A DNA stretch of 63,969 bases, counting the filler, from Gonapodya sp. JEL0774 (taxonomy: Eukaryota), in assembly GCA_027604505.1 (NCBI GenBank). It is 29 parts of 29 records of this genome, joined end to end, with 100 filler letters (N's around TTAATTAATTAA, not from the genome) between each part and the next. Parts side by side here need not be neighbours in the genome. Positions count along the whole stretch, not along the records: positions 35,447 to 37,552 come from JADIIX010002239.1; positions 37,653 to 39,758 come from JADIIX010002240.1; positions 39,859 to 41,964 come from JADIIX010002241.1; positions 42,065 to 44,170 come from JADIIX010002242.1; positions 44,271 to 46,375 come from JADIIX010002243.1; positions 46,476 to 48,579 come from JADIIX010002244.1; 23 more parts are not named here. The stretch is one strand, 5' to 3'. The position numbers and the translations under genes are program-made. Positions 35,447 through 48,679 of this stretch are shown here, one piece after another (within the stretch, counting starts at the first letter, position 1; the number at the start of each line of letters is the position of its first letter). The notes under the pieces were generated by a model that did not search any database, had not been told where the DNA came from, and worked only from the letters and a program-made list of their open reading frames with translations.

Positions 35447-37552
35447 GCGCGAACGGTAGTGGCGAGAAGACACTCCGACCTACATTTGGGTGAAAGTCTC
35501 CGTGGACGTGACCTCAGAGACGGATGTCTCGGTGGATGACGTGGGGATACTTATGCTCTCAACAATTGTCGTGGAAGTCTCAGAGATTCCAGTCGATGTT
35601 GGCTCCAAGGTGCTGGTCTCAGAATACGAATATGAAGTCGGAGTGCTTGTGATGTCAACTGTTGTGGGGATCTCTGAAGTTTCAGATGTGAGTGTTTCCA
35701 ATGTGGTAGTCTGGGTAGATGACCCGAAGATGCTCGTACTCTCAGTTGATGTGACAGAGAACTCTGAGGTTTCAGTCGAGATTGTTTCCGCAGAGCTGGT
35801 TTCACTGGATGAGCTAAGAGGGCTTGTGCTTTCAGTGGTTGCAGTTGACGTCTCGACTGAAATCTCAGTGGATGTGGATCCCGAAGCGATCGTTTCGGTA
35901 GGCAAAGGAACGGTGCTGGTGCTTTCGGTCGTTGAAATGGTCGGTGTGCTTTCTAAGGTCTCAGCTGAAGTTGTTTCGGAGGAAGTACTTTCGGTCGAGG
36001 AGATTGGTGTACTCATGCTAGCCTCTGTGGACGTGGTCCTATCGCCTGATCCTGCCACGAATGGCCCTCCAGCAGCGGTAGTTGTTCTGAAGAGTGAAAT
36101 ACATCAGCATATAGATGGGACCTTAACGCGGGAAGGTGGACAGCGAAGGGACACAGTAACATACATCCCGCTCAAAGTCTCAGTCGAGCTGATTTCAGAC
36201 ACAGTTGTCTCGGTGATGAAAGTGGGGATGCTTGTGCTTTCGGCTGTAGTCATGGAGGTCTCTGAGGTTTGAGTCGAGGTCACTTCTGAGGCGGTGGTCT
36301 CGGAAGAAGAATATGAAGTGAGAGTGCTCGTGAGTTCAATAGCCGTCGTAAGTATATCTGAAGTTTCAGTTGAAGTTGCTCCCAATGTGGCGGTCTCAGA
36401 AGATGTGACAGGAAGCTCCGAAGTCTCAGTGGAGCTTGTTTCTGTGGAGCTGGTCTCCGTGGAAGAGCTTTGAGCAGATGGGCTTTGAGTGGTTGCTGTG
36501 GATGTCTGGACTGACATATCGGCGGAGGTTGATTCCAAAGGGGTCGTTTCAGTGGACGTACTGGTACTTTCGGTAGTTGTGATCGGTGTGGTCTCAATGG
36601 ATGAGCTAAGAGTACTTGTGCTTTCAGTGGTTGTTGTTGACGTCTCGACTGACATAGCGGTCGTAGTCGAGGTCTGTGTGCTCTCGAAAGACACAGTAGA
36701 GCTTCCTTCGGAGAAAGTAGTTTCGGTTGATGACGTGGATGTGCTGATGCTACTCTCGGTGGTGGGCATGGTTGTATCGCCTGAACCTGCCACGAATGGG
36801 CCACCAGCGGTGGAAGATGTTCTGAGGAGTGGATTCATTAAGCACATAGATGTGATTGGAACACAAGACCTGGAAACGAGGGTACTCAGTTACGTACGCC
36901 TGGGTCAAAGTTTCAGTTGAGGTGGATTCAGACGCAGTCGTCTCGGTGAAGGACGTGGGGGTGCTTGTGATCTCGGATGAGGAACTGAAAAGAATTGCCA
37001 ACGGTTGTGGTGTGTCCGTTTGAGTGAGACGGATAACCCATGCAATTCAAGCGACTTACGTGGTGGCTTCACTGCTCGAAGATGCCGGATCGGTTGTCGC
37101 GCTCTCCGCGGTAGATGAGTCCACGTCGGACGTAGTGGAGCTGCATTATGGTTCAATGCGCATGTGATTTGTAGTTGAGGTAACGGCATCGCTGGGACAC
37201 AGGCAACTTACCTCGCTGTCTCAAACAAAGACGTTTTACTTGTCGCATTCTCCGTGGTAGAAGGCAACCTTTGCCCAAAGCAGTCAAATTGGTTGATTGG
37301 GGCGGGAACAAACGATTGCACGATCATCTCACGTTGTCGATTCCGCAGTTATGGTTTCGGTCGAGGTAGCGAGTGTGGTCGTACTTTTGCTAAATGAAGT
37401 GAGCGGCTCAGAAGTTGTGGTTGGTTTGGCCAAAGAAGTAACGGTGCTTGTGGCCTCAATGGAACTGGTTCTCGTCCGTCTTCGAGTCCTCGTTGTACGC
37501 GTTGTACGCGTTGTTCTGCGCCTACGCCTTGTGTTCGTCGTATTTTTGGAGA
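35447..37552 (-). CDS. Ser/Thr/Glu-rich mucin-like surface protein fragment with duplicated exons
   Basis: Minus-strand ORFs dominated by TESTS/SSETT repeats; repeated AGGPFVAGSGD module preceded by homologous introns. Confidence 0.75.
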
Positions 37553-37652
37553 NNNNNNNNNNNNNNNNNNNNNNNNNNNNNNNNNNNNNNNNNNNNTTAA
37601 TTAATTAANNNNNNNNNNNNNNNNNNNNNNNNNNNNNNNNNNNNNNNNNNNN

Positions 37653-39758
37653 GGACTGGATAAGGAGGAAAAGTGGATGCAACAGGCCTGGTTGTATGTG
37701 TGGTCAATATTTGAGAGCAAAATGGCAGACGAAAGCGGTGAGTGTTGCGTTGCGCAAGGATAGGGTTCTCGCGACATATCTGCGTTCCCTAAAACCCTCC
37801 CAATTGCGGTGCGAATCCTGTATGTATGTAGAGGATATGGTCGAATGGTGTCTTCTCCTCCGCTACTTCTGGCCTCGCTCCAAGGCCCGCCTCCTACACG
37901 CCATGTTCTATTTCATCCACGTCAAGAACTCGAAAGGAGTCGGTTGTCTTCTGAAGGGACGCATGTTTGGTGACTCCATCTCAGGTGGCAATACAATGGG
38001 GAGGATGCCGAGGAAGCTTGGTGTGGGGGAAGCTGTGGAATCGGGGGCTGCGGAGGTATGGTGAACAATCTCTTTCCGCTGACGCGATCTGCCTCTCAAT
38101 TCCTCCCACAGCTCGTGTGTGCTATTGGTGATATGCACATTCTGTCTATGTTTCTCGACCGAACCAAGTCTTTCCATGGCCGCAAGCTGTTCCCCCGTAC
38201 CAAGCTCGAGCAGTGCTTCCTCATCGCGATCCAGTTCGGTCATGCGGCTCTGATAAAACCGCTCTTGTCGAGAATCGGAAAGGATAAAGTGATGGAACCG
38301 GTGGTTGGATCCTATCGCGGAGGAATTAAGTGGTTGCTAAGGAAAACGAGACAAGGGGATTTGAGATGGACAGGTAATTTCGGGTTACTTTTCGCCACTC
38401 CTTTTGAGGATCAATGGAGTGTGAAACTCGGCTCGAGGTGAGAATTTGGCATAGATTACGAGTCATTATGGCAATATTCAGCTTCATTGAGTTCGTTTCT
38501 TATGCAATAGGAGTTACTGGCCACTGGCGGCTTCTGAACGCCAAATATGCTTTACACAGCAAGTACCCACGGGCACTTCGGTCTCGCTCGCCGCATACGC
38601 TATGTGTCTGGCCATAACTCGTTCACAGACCGGTTGTGTGTCAGCTTTGGTGGATCAGCTCCCGAAATCCGTCTTTACAGGCTCAAACCTGCACGAAGAC
38701 TATATCGGGGTACTTGTGACGTCACTCGAGCCACCTCCGAGGGGTTCTGTAGGACTGGAGCCAACCTTGCCGGTCCTGGGTCTTCACTCAAACCTAATAT
38801 TGGCGGCTTTGATTGGCAAGGGATGTAATGTCGAGTGGCGGCATGTGGAGGGGGCTGTAGAGAACGTAAGTGTTCATCATGATTGTGCTCATAACCGACT
38901 TTTGGCCCTGACCGTTTCCATATCCGAATCGATAGTGTCATGCACAGGTTGCTGGGTTTCTTTTCGAGCACTTGCCCAAACAGATGTTCGCACCTTTATC
39001 TCTGCGAAACTTCCATCTTCTTCGCAAGGCCGCAAAGAAGTGCGATCCTCGCACCCTGCGACAGTTGCTGTATTCCTTGCCCCTCATTCGATCAATCGTC
39101 GAGCGTGACATCAGCCCTCTCTATGTTGCTGCCACTATTCGCAGGAACTGTTTTAATTGGCGAGGTGATGTTGCTGTCGCGCTGTTAGAGTAGTGAGTTT
39201 ATAGTCGTCTTCTTTTTCGTGGCATCACTTTTCTTGACACGATGGTGTTGTCCTTAAGTGACATTGTGGAGATTTGCCATGTCCTCTCAGACTTACTGGC
39301 TGAAAATGTTCCACGAGGATGTGATGCCAATGTTGGACCTGAGGCCTGCCTCGCCATCGAGCTCCTCAAACGTGTATGTGTTCGAGATTCCTCCGTGCGG
39401 TGATGGTGATTAACAAAATTTCTTCCACTTTCCAGGGCGCCATCGTCACCCCGACTCTTTTGGCTACATATCTTTCTGAATGCGAGAAGTTTGAATGCTC
39501 CGCATCGTCGCAAGTGCTACTAAGGAATGGACTTCGGAATCCAGTACCCTTTTCACCTGGTCAGCCGTACCCTATACCCATTTCGCAGACTGCATTTCCT
39601 ACATTTCCTGTACAACACGATACTCTGGGAACTGCTAAGGTCTCAATCTGGGAGGTCGCGCCTTTCAAGCTTCTGGTATTGGCGTTACGGAACATCTACA
39701 TGCAACTTGCTCCATGTGGCAATGGAATCGTCGATCGGGATGCTTTTTGTATCGATTG
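37653..39758 (+). pseudogene. Degenerate ankyrin-like repeat gene or multi-exon hypothetical gene
   Basis: AIQFGHAALIKPLL, CAIGDMHILSMFL and PLYVAA segments in broken frames. Confidence 0.35.
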
Positions 39759-39858
39759 NNNNNNNNNNNNNNNNNNNNNNNNNNNNNNNNNNNNNNNNNN
39801 NNTTAATTAATTAANNNNNNNNNNNNNNNNNNNNNNNNNNNNNNNNNNNNNNNNNNNN

Positions 39859-41418
39859 TCTGTGGCTGTTGCGGGTAGTGTCGATTTTACCAGGTTCAAC
39901 TCCGCAAGAAAAACTTACCTGTAAACAACTTGAAGTGGGCTCTGATCACCGCGCGTGAGATATCCCATGGAAACCATGGGCCACGGAGTCCAGCCATATG
40001 TCCGAAATCCTGCCATTTCCCAACCGATCCAGAAAGTGTCCTTATCGCCATGGACGTGGTCATAAGTCACCAAACTTTCCACAAAGGCATTGAGTTTGCA
40101 TGTTGCGAGAAGTCCGTAAAAGTTTTCGCGCTTGCCTTTGTCCACGGCAACCACGCCAGAGTCTTGCACATCATTGGAAGTACGGCGAAGAATGAAATTT
40201 TCTGTCGGAACGGGAAGAGATTTAAGGTGTGGGGCAATGAGAGAACTGACGAAGTTGTATCTTTTGTCTTTGGACTTGGTGAATGCTCGCTGTCATTGGG
40301 ATTATGAAAGCGGAGTAAATTGGGCGTATCCGTCATATTCCATGAAGACAACGAAAACAGCTCACCCTATCAAAGTAAAACAATGTACCTGTGGTTTTGT
40401 ATACTGTATCTTCGAACACTTCATTGGGAGTCCTCAGCCAAACGACATCGGCGTCCTGCAATAGCACTTCGGAAAACGGAGAGAACATCGCTGCGAATGG
40501 CTTGGCTGCCCAACCAACAAGCCCAGCTGTCCAAGGATCTACCGTCTGCGTCAAATCTCTTGTTACCACATCATATCCGTTGCCGAGCGCCTTAATTCGA
40601 GTTCGACTACTCTCATCAAGGTCAGAGTCCCCGACATAGTAAACTTCAATTGGCAATTGGCAACCCGTAGCACGAATAGATTTTATGGAGACCATAGCCA
40701 TTCGAGTTTGGAGACCCTTGGCGGCGGTAAGTACGATGCCGCGAGTTCGGGGGGATTTGTCGAAAGACAGGTATAGGTCCGACAGTGATACGTGATGGTG
40801 GTGCGCCCAGGGAAAGAATCTTCGCTCAAGAAGTTGTATGAGTGATGCGAAGTGTTCGGCTTTGTCCGCCACGAGCTGCCAGTTCTGGGAACAGCAATGC
40901 TTGTTCGGTTCTCTGTGATCTGCAGTCATATTTGATTCGACCTTTTCCATGACGGCGGCGGTGTCGCAGGTACACTCCCGAGCGAGAAAGTATTCCAAGT
41001 CCATGTACGTTGAATGGAGAAGTACGTAATCCCGAAAGCGCTCGGCCATGCGAGGAAATGTATCGGCTGTCAACGGCATGATTTCAGCAAGCAGTTCCTC
41101 CTTCCGAGACTCTGCTATTTCAATCTTCCTGTTTATCTGTACAGGATCTCGCGTGCTCGGCCGCGATAGGTTCCTGAACTTTCCTGGCTGAAGTGTAGCG
41201 TGTGCGACACTGTCCGGGACAGCCTCGGAACGCGACAGTTGCGCTTGCGCCGCCGCGATTGCGATCTCCCTCTGCCTTGCTGCCTCTTGGAGGGCATTCT
41301 CATCTACTTTTCCGCGTGAATCGTCTCCTCTCAATCTCCCACGAAAGTAGAGAAGCAGAGTGATACAGGATGTGATCGCCAGGAAAACTTTCCATGCAAA
41401 GCTCCGAAGCGCATGCAT
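39859..41418 (-). CDS. Alpha-mannosyltransferase, GT71 (MNN1/MNT-like), type II membrane protein, partial
   Basis: N-terminal TM helix, RGIVLTA, CQLPIEVYY, GWAAKPFA..FSPFSEVLLQDAD (DxD), DSGVVAVDK, HGDKDTFWIG. Confidence 0.9.
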
Positions 41419-42459
41419 GGGCTGTTAAGGACACTTCAAGAAGTGATGGTCGCTTCTGGTGGCCGGTTAGAGGACTTAGTGCTACGAATCAACCAAGCAC
41501 ATATATATAGATCGAAGACTTCATTCTGTCCACTTTTTTACCTTCTCCCCGTTTATAGCGACAGTATCTCTCTAATGCTACCTCTGGTCTGTATTTGTAC
41601 GCTTTTGGATTCATTTACATATGTACATTAAGCCGAAAGGAATAATTGCAGTCACCACTCAGATCCCGCAGGTCCTGTGGTGTTGACCGGCCACGTCCGT
41701 CCGTCACCAACCGGTCGCCCCAGGGGTACAAGCCACCGCCACCAGCCACGGCCAATGACTTGCTCAGCGTTGAGCTGCCAAGAACCAAGATCGTAAAGTC
41801 CCTTGAGTTTAGTGGACCGAGTTCTCGGAATAACATAAGACGTTCTGTCAAGCCGAGGAGTGTAGCGGAGAGAATCCACAGTATCATAATCAGGGGATGG
41901 GGTGGCTGTGTGAGGTAGGGCAGCGCCTGGTGATTGGTATGTCGCTATGACATTCCTCCGCCTGNNNNNNNNNNNNNNNNNNNNNNNNNNNNNNNNNNNN
42001 NNNNNNNNTTAATTAATTAANNNNNNNNNNNNNNNNNNNNNNNNNNNNNNNNNNNNNNNNNNNNGGCGGACACTTTGCGGGCACATTTTCTGGCAACCCC
42101 ACTATGGGTTGTGGGCTCGAGCGTGAGAATCGGGGGTGAGCTTCACAAAACCACTGTTGGAAGTAGAATGTATCCGCAAAACAAAGTACGCGCAGTAACT
42201 ACCATTTCCGCTTAATAGTCTAATACAATTTTATTGAATGAATCTGGAGAAGTGTTCCACTTCGCTAATTGATTTGGGTCACGATCAACCAACATTTATC
42301 CTGCCCAAACTCGATCACAAAAGCCTCGCTCAAAATCCCGGATCACTCTACGAAATATCGGTTTCTCGCTCTTTCCACTCTCTTCATGTCAAATCTCCCA
42401 GAAAATCCTTCAAATCCTCTGGTTCGCTCCCGCTCCTGCAATCTTCGGTGTCCCCCGAA

Positions 42460-43740
42460 TGGAAGGCCTGGTTCTGCCGCTATTCACAGGCGTTCTGCAT
42501 TGAGTCACCTGTTCTATTGTTTGGACTTGGGCTGCTGCTTGAATCGCTGGAGGGACACCTTCCACCTCTCACTCTCGCTGCCGATCGCGAACGGCCCACC
42601 CTCCGCTTCCACCGAGGCCCCGGTATCTCATCCCATCTCGTGCGTCCCACACAATGTAATCACCTTATATACGTCAAGTGCTGGACAGACGGGGCGGTGG
42701 ATGTGGGAGCACGAGGTGTATGGCAGATCACTTTCTTACCTGGGGCGAAAATCTACATTGACCAAACGGCCAACATGGTTGTTCGGAATCGCTCACTGCA
42801 GAGATATTTGGCTGACCTTGGAGCGCCCGCGGTGACACTTTGTGTCACTCATGCTGTCCCATCACAACTCCACAAGGATGCGATGGAGATGGCATTGATC
42901 GCCGTCGGCAAAGCTCTTTTGCCCGATCTACTCAATCGCTCACCCTATGCAAACTACATCTATATAAGCGCGCCGGGATCTGGGGACCTCGTGCGGGTGA
43001 ACTCATGTTTATCAGCTATCAGACTTGTCTACATGTTATGTCTACTCATTCTGTAGCGGAACGCAGTTGCCGGTCCCCTCGCACGCACTGTCATCGTGGG
43101 AACGGCACCACCGCTCAGGCAGACCGTGGATGAGTATCCAATCGACCCTTCCCATCATACCTCGCACCCCAGCCTCCACCTCCTCACTCAAATATTTGAC
43201 GGCCACCCACCTCCACTCGTTGATCACTTTCCTGACCTCGTCTCTAACGATCTCGTTGCGAAATTTGGAAACTCACCGTTTGAGATCTCCATGTCCACGA
43301 CTCATCTCTCCTCGCACTTGTTGCAGATCGCTGCCCTGACAACCTCATCCTGGGATTCACGGGCTGGCGTTCCACCACTCTCTCGTCCCTTCCCAGCTCA
43401 GAAGAACAACCCGCCTTGTCACTCACCGGTAAACTGACGATTTGCCGCCGCACCATTCCGAACGACTCGTTCCTAGTCATCCTGTGGCTGCTCGATACTG
43501 GCTGGTCCACCTCTTTACTCTGCACACCCTCTCATCCTCCAAGTGATGCAGTTGCACGCGCAACTGCTTCAAGAGATGGACGTATGCGCACGTAAGCACG
43601 CACTCACGAGCACCGACCTTGCAGGATCGAAGACACTGGTGATGAACGTTCAGAGATATGGGTTTTGGGAATGCTGTGATGAGGCAGGACACAATGTGGT
43701 ACACGAGCGCGGGCGGGAGCCAGAGGATTGGCGTGGGTGA
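42460..43740 (+). CDS. Hypothetical multi-exon gene containing a degenerate GIY-YIG-like nuclease domain
   Basis: GVW-x10-YIDQT-x5-R ... E-x15-N pattern at 42715-42936. Confidence 0.5.
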
Positions 43741-44270
43741 TTGACGTGCATCCGAGTGATCGCAGGGAGTTTGTAGCGCATATGTGGGCGGATCAGTAGG
43801 AATCTTGGATTGGTTATGATGTGGCGCAGTGGAGCGTCGCGGTCAAAGACCAAAGCTATGGTACAAAAACTTTATTAACATTTGATTCATCAAAGTTGCT
43901 CCCATTGGTCCAGTAATAAAAAATTCACCCAATTCTGTCCACCGTCCTAGCCGTACTTCCCACACCCCCACCAACCCATGCAAAACCCATATCAGCCATC
44001 TCATCGAAACTCTTCATCACGCGTTCCCTCGCGCGAACATCCGACATCTCGACGATGTTCGGGTGATCGATCACGAAAAACGATACCCCTCGTTTCGGCT
44101 GTGTGACTTGGTCCGCGTGGTGCGACGGGACCCCGCAGTGTGCGGTCTGGGACAGGACAAAGTTAGCGATNNNNNNNNNNNNNNNNNNNNNNNNNNNNNN
44201 NNNNNNNNNNNNNNTTAATTAATTAANNNNNNNNNNNNNNNNNNNNNNNNNNNNNNNNNNNNNNNNNNNN

Positions 44271-44746
44271 ACGAAAGAACAGTAGTCCAGTGCCCGGATT
44301 CGAAGTCTGGAGACAAACAGGAACAGCCGATTCACAGGTATTCGAGAACAATGTGGATGCGCAATCATCCTCTGCACCGAGTTCATCAATAAATCCGTAA
44401 TGGACGTCGAGTCCGCACGCTCTGCAAATGACATGATGTCGAGTTTGACGACGGCTCGAGCTCCCGCCCAAACTGCGGAGCCGCGAATCTTTTCAAAAGT
44501 ATTGAGTAACCTCACATTTTCTCGGCCGTCGAGAAACTCCTCCTCTGCCGAATCAGAATCGAGGTCGGGGTTGAGAATGCAGCGAACCCGGCACGAAACA
44601 GCGATCGTGTCACCCGGGCAGCCCGGAATGGCTCCTAAAGCTGCTGATCGTAAGTTTTGCGAGAGGCGGGGTACAATGGAGTAGAACGTGCGGGGTGGAA
44701 GCAGGCGGAAGATGTGACGAAGGATTTCGAGAGGGAGTGATTCCAT
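44271..44746 (-). CDS. F-box protein, partial
   Basis: MESLPLEILRHIFRLLPPRTFYSIVPRLSQNLR. Confidence 0.75.
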
Positions 44747-45735
44747 TTCCACGACCACTGCTACAGCAACGGAAGAAGCAATGCTCGAGAGGATCGGAGT
44801 GGTGGCAGTAGTCGCGAGTGTGTTCTCAATAGTTCGTGTCACAGCTGTGAAGTTCGCAACCGACGGCTGTGATATTTCAGATTATGCCTGCACTGCAATG
44901 TGTTGTGGTCCACCTTACGTACGATGTGGGGTTCATCTGAAGTCCACCGGGTGTTTACTCATTCCTCAACACCTTGATGGCTACCACAACTGAAACGCAC
45001 TCAACCCGCGTTGTTGAGTTTGAGTCCATCACAGATGACTTCGGAGAGTCCCTGTCACCACGGACTTTTTCGAAAATTGTTCGAGAAGATTCTTTGCCTC
45101 CGCTCTTGCAAGGATGGGATGGAGGAAGTCGCGTGGTAGTCATGAATGGGAAGAGGTATCAGTGACTACTGCAGTTTTTGGTAGAACTTGGTGACGGCGT
45201 TACTTTACAGTTCGGTGATAATCAGCGTTTATAGCGTACCGGTGACAACAATCTTTTACATTTGCAAACCGATCTTTCAGAACAGATTTTTTTTCGTTCT
45301 ATTTCTACCAGTAAAGCGACAATATGATGGCATAAAAGTCCTCTAACATCATTCATCAGTGTTGCTAATGAGAGTAGGACAGAATAGGAGAAGCGCAGAA
45401 ATGAGTACTTTGGCATTGTATGTGTCTCCCATTTGACGCACCATGTAGGTGGAGGCAGGGAAGCCTCAAAAGAACAAACCACCTGTACTCAACTCCAAAC
45501 TACTAAATTCAAAGATACATACTAGCCCACTATCAGTGAATGAGACTTGCGGATGAAAGCTGTGCGTTGTGCGGTGTAAGGAAGTGTTCCACAAGTGAAC
45601 ATCACTGCAAAAGTGACGTCACGGACATGGACTGTGCGGACCGCGGTTTGCCGCATTGGATTGGGCACAGAACTCGTATAGAAACAACACCCAGCATCTG
45701 GAGTTTGGGAAAAGTTTTTTTCGCGGCTAATTCGA

Positions 45736-46375
45736 ATGGAATCGAATAGAAATGGTGGACGACAGTTGCTGCATGGTGGGGCTGGCAGTGTGAATCTCGG
45801 ACGATCACAGCCAGTGGCTGGAGCAAGTGTTGGGATGACGGGGATTGCAAGGCCACCCGGAGCGACGGTGCCGCGAGGCAGAACGCAAGGAGTGTTTGAA
45901 AATGGGATGCAATCAGTTCCGGCAGACGGACGTGGATATGGAGTCGGGTTGGCACTGCCTGTTGACACTTCAAGTGCCGGTTTAATTAGGGAAGGGACCG
46001 AAGCAACAGGACAAGACGAGTCTGAGATCTCAGCTGCACAGGCTGAATTTGTTCTGCAGCAGATTCAGCAGATTCAGGCGATGTACCCGAATCTTCTCGA
46101 CCAGCCACAGGCCACACAACACCAGCGCACGGTATCGACACCGACACACGCACCAGCCATGGTCATGCATTCCCAGCCAACTACCCACAGCCAGCAGCAG
46201 AACCAGCGCCCGGTCCAGCACCCGGCAACGTCATCGCCGTTTCCAACACGTCCACCTCCGCCGCAGCAAGCGTATCTCCCCCGTCCCGCTGTCCCCAACT
46301 CGTCATTCAGCCCCGCTCCGCCACAGCATCAGCCACTCAGACCCCGTCCTCCTGTGCCTGCGCACTCCCCGTTTC
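45736..46375 (+). CDS. Low-complexity Q/P-rich hypothetical protein, partial
   Basis: ATG ORF open to the fragment end; G-rich then Q/P-rich. Confidence 0.45.
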
Positions 46376-46539
46376 NNNNNNNNNNNNNNNNNNNNNNNNN
46401 NNNNNNNNNNNNNNNNNNNTTAATTAATTAANNNNNNNNNNNNNNNNNNNNNNNNNNNNNNNNNNNNNNNNNNNNCCACTCCTACCATGCTCGCGCACTG
46501 TTCATACAAAAAACAGCACACCTGAAGTTGTTGTGGCAG

Positions 46540-47819
46540 TTATGGCTTCCAGTCCCTCTTCTGGTGAGCACCCATGGTGATGAGACAGGCAAAACAAATC
46601 GATGTACATTTGTACCCCTATCGAAACAACAGCACCAGCCGAGGCGCCGTCTTCGCGTTACCCAGCTACTCTACTATCAGATCTTGGCGCGACTGTTGTG
46701 GAAATCTCAGCACCAGAGGATACTGTCACTCTTCAAATCCCACTCCGAGGTTGTTCGACCCTGGTTTTAGTACTTGGAGACCCAGGATCAGATCAAGCAT
46801 TGCCGGAAGGAGTTGCTGAGTGGGCGAGGCAGTGGATTGAGGCGGCTGGAAGGGAGCGAGTGGAGAGGGTGTTCCTGGTGACTGTTTGCGACGAACCGAA
46901 CTTCAGCGGGAATGAAGGAGCCGAAGGGTCGAGTGGCGGGTACGTTCCTCGAACTTCTCAATTATAAGAAAGGCTACTCTTTATAGCGAAACCTCGCGCA
47001 ACTAGATTTATCCCCCTCTTCCACCTTGCCGAGCAGCACCTTCTGCAAAGTCTTCCACCGCCCCAGTCCGTCATCGTTCGCGTTTCCCCGCCAGGAATAT
47101 TCTTCGACTCACTTGCACTCTTTGCACAGAGTGTGGCCGAAGAGGGAGTGCTGAGAATGCCGGTGGATGGGGAATGCGAGGTAGGTATTGTACACAAATT
47201 TTGGGATCTGCAGCGCAAAGCTCTGGTACCACCGTCTAACAATCCCATTTCATAGATCCCACTCGTTGACCTCCCCGATCTTACCCGCTTGCTGCTCCGT
47301 CTCATCATCGCTCCTCCCTCGGAGCTCAAGCCCGCGTACACCTTCCGACCTCCGGTCTGCACCACCGGCACACACATTGCTACCGTGCTGTCGAACTACC
47401 TCTCCAAGCCGGTTCGATTTGAGAATTTACCTGAGTCCGGACAGATAGCCGGAGGCGCGGGCACAGTGCGTGATGTGAGCCCCTTGCTCGCAGATCAGCT
47501 GGCATTGTTGCGATCGCAACGAGTGCAGGTTGAGAAAGCGGATCCTGATGTCCGTGGGGATCTTTTCCAAGTTACCGGAGAAACAGGAAGGACGGTGGAG
47601 GAGTGGGTGAGAGAGAATATCGGGGTGTTCAAGGAGAGGGAGAGAAGGGAGGAAGAGATGATGGGGCCAGATTCACCGATCAAGGGGACAGCGGAAGGGA
47701 AGGAGCATCACTTTTTTACACCGGGTGAGGAAAGAGTCAGGCAAATGATATCAGAAGGTTTGAAGGGAAGTGCAAAGGGGAGGCCGGAGGGCTTGGGAAT
47801 GGCTGGTTTGGCGGTGTGA
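46540..47819 (+). CDS. NmrA-like atypical SDR-fold protein
   Basis: LGATVVE, VERVFLV, FFDSLALFAQSVAEEGVLRMP, LVDLPDL, QVTGETGRTVEEWVRENIGVF. Confidence 0.55.
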
Positions 47820-48038
47820 GAGCCGGAAATCATGCCTCTGTGAATCCGACAATGAAGAAAGGATGGAATAACGCAATCAGAACGAGCTCAAGTCTAGTCA
47901 ATCGCCACTCTTTTGATCTTGCCAATGTTGATGAAATTAGAAACGAGAGAGTTCCACTCACCAGCAGCCAGTGTTCCCTGACGCACAACAACTATCGCTG
48001 TATCCTCGGTCTCGCCCATCCGCCTTCATCACACGCCT

Positions 48039-48218
48039 TCAAGCCTTCAAGCCTTCAGCTTTCAACCACTTCATTACCTCCAACTCTGCTTTATCCCACA
48101 CCACGTCCTCCAAAATCTCCATTTCGTGTCTTTCGAAATTGCTGAGTACATAGTCTGATACATCCCGTGGATCTGAGGAGTCAGGACGGGATACACCGAT
48201 GCGGAGCCGAAAAAAGGG
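48039..48218 (-). CDS. PTH1: Peptidyl-tRNA hydrolase (Pth1) last exon
   Basis: FFRLRIGVSRP....DVSDYVLSNF is the Pth C-terminal signature. Confidence 0.8.
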   Translation of the reverse strand, partial: PFFRLRIGVSRPDSSDPRDVSDYVLSNFERHEMEILEDVVWDKAELEVMKWLKAEGLKA

Positions 48219-48679
48219 CTTAAGCGTCGAAAGAAATTTGAGAGTGGTTAAAATTCGCATTGAGAAGTACAGAGCGGCATTACGGAGGTATACCTCGTTC
48301 CAGAGGTGGGAGAGGACCGATTTGATGCCGTTGTGGCCTCTGCAAAAGAATCATGAAGGGTAGATTCGATAAAATGGGAGCGAATCGGAAAACATCGGGG
48401 TCTTGAGCTGATTCTCACCCTGGGGATCCTCCACGTTTCACCGAAACATGTCCCAATTTCCTTTCTATCTCGTCCTGAACCACCATCATATTCTTCCCCC
48501 ACGGAGTTCTGTGATATACCAGTTTCAGTTTTTTGGCAGCTTTTTCTACGCTTCGTCCGCTCTCGTTCATGAACTCGCGNNNNNNNNNNNNNNNNNNNNN
48601 NNNNNNNNNNNNNNNNNNNNNNNTTAATTAATTAANNNNNNNNNNNNNNNNNNNNNNNNNNNNNNNNNNNNNNNNNNNN

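Noticed and set aside
35490..36920. Val-rich plus-strand ORFs
   Set aside because: Antisense shadows of the Thr/Ser-rich minus-strand gene.
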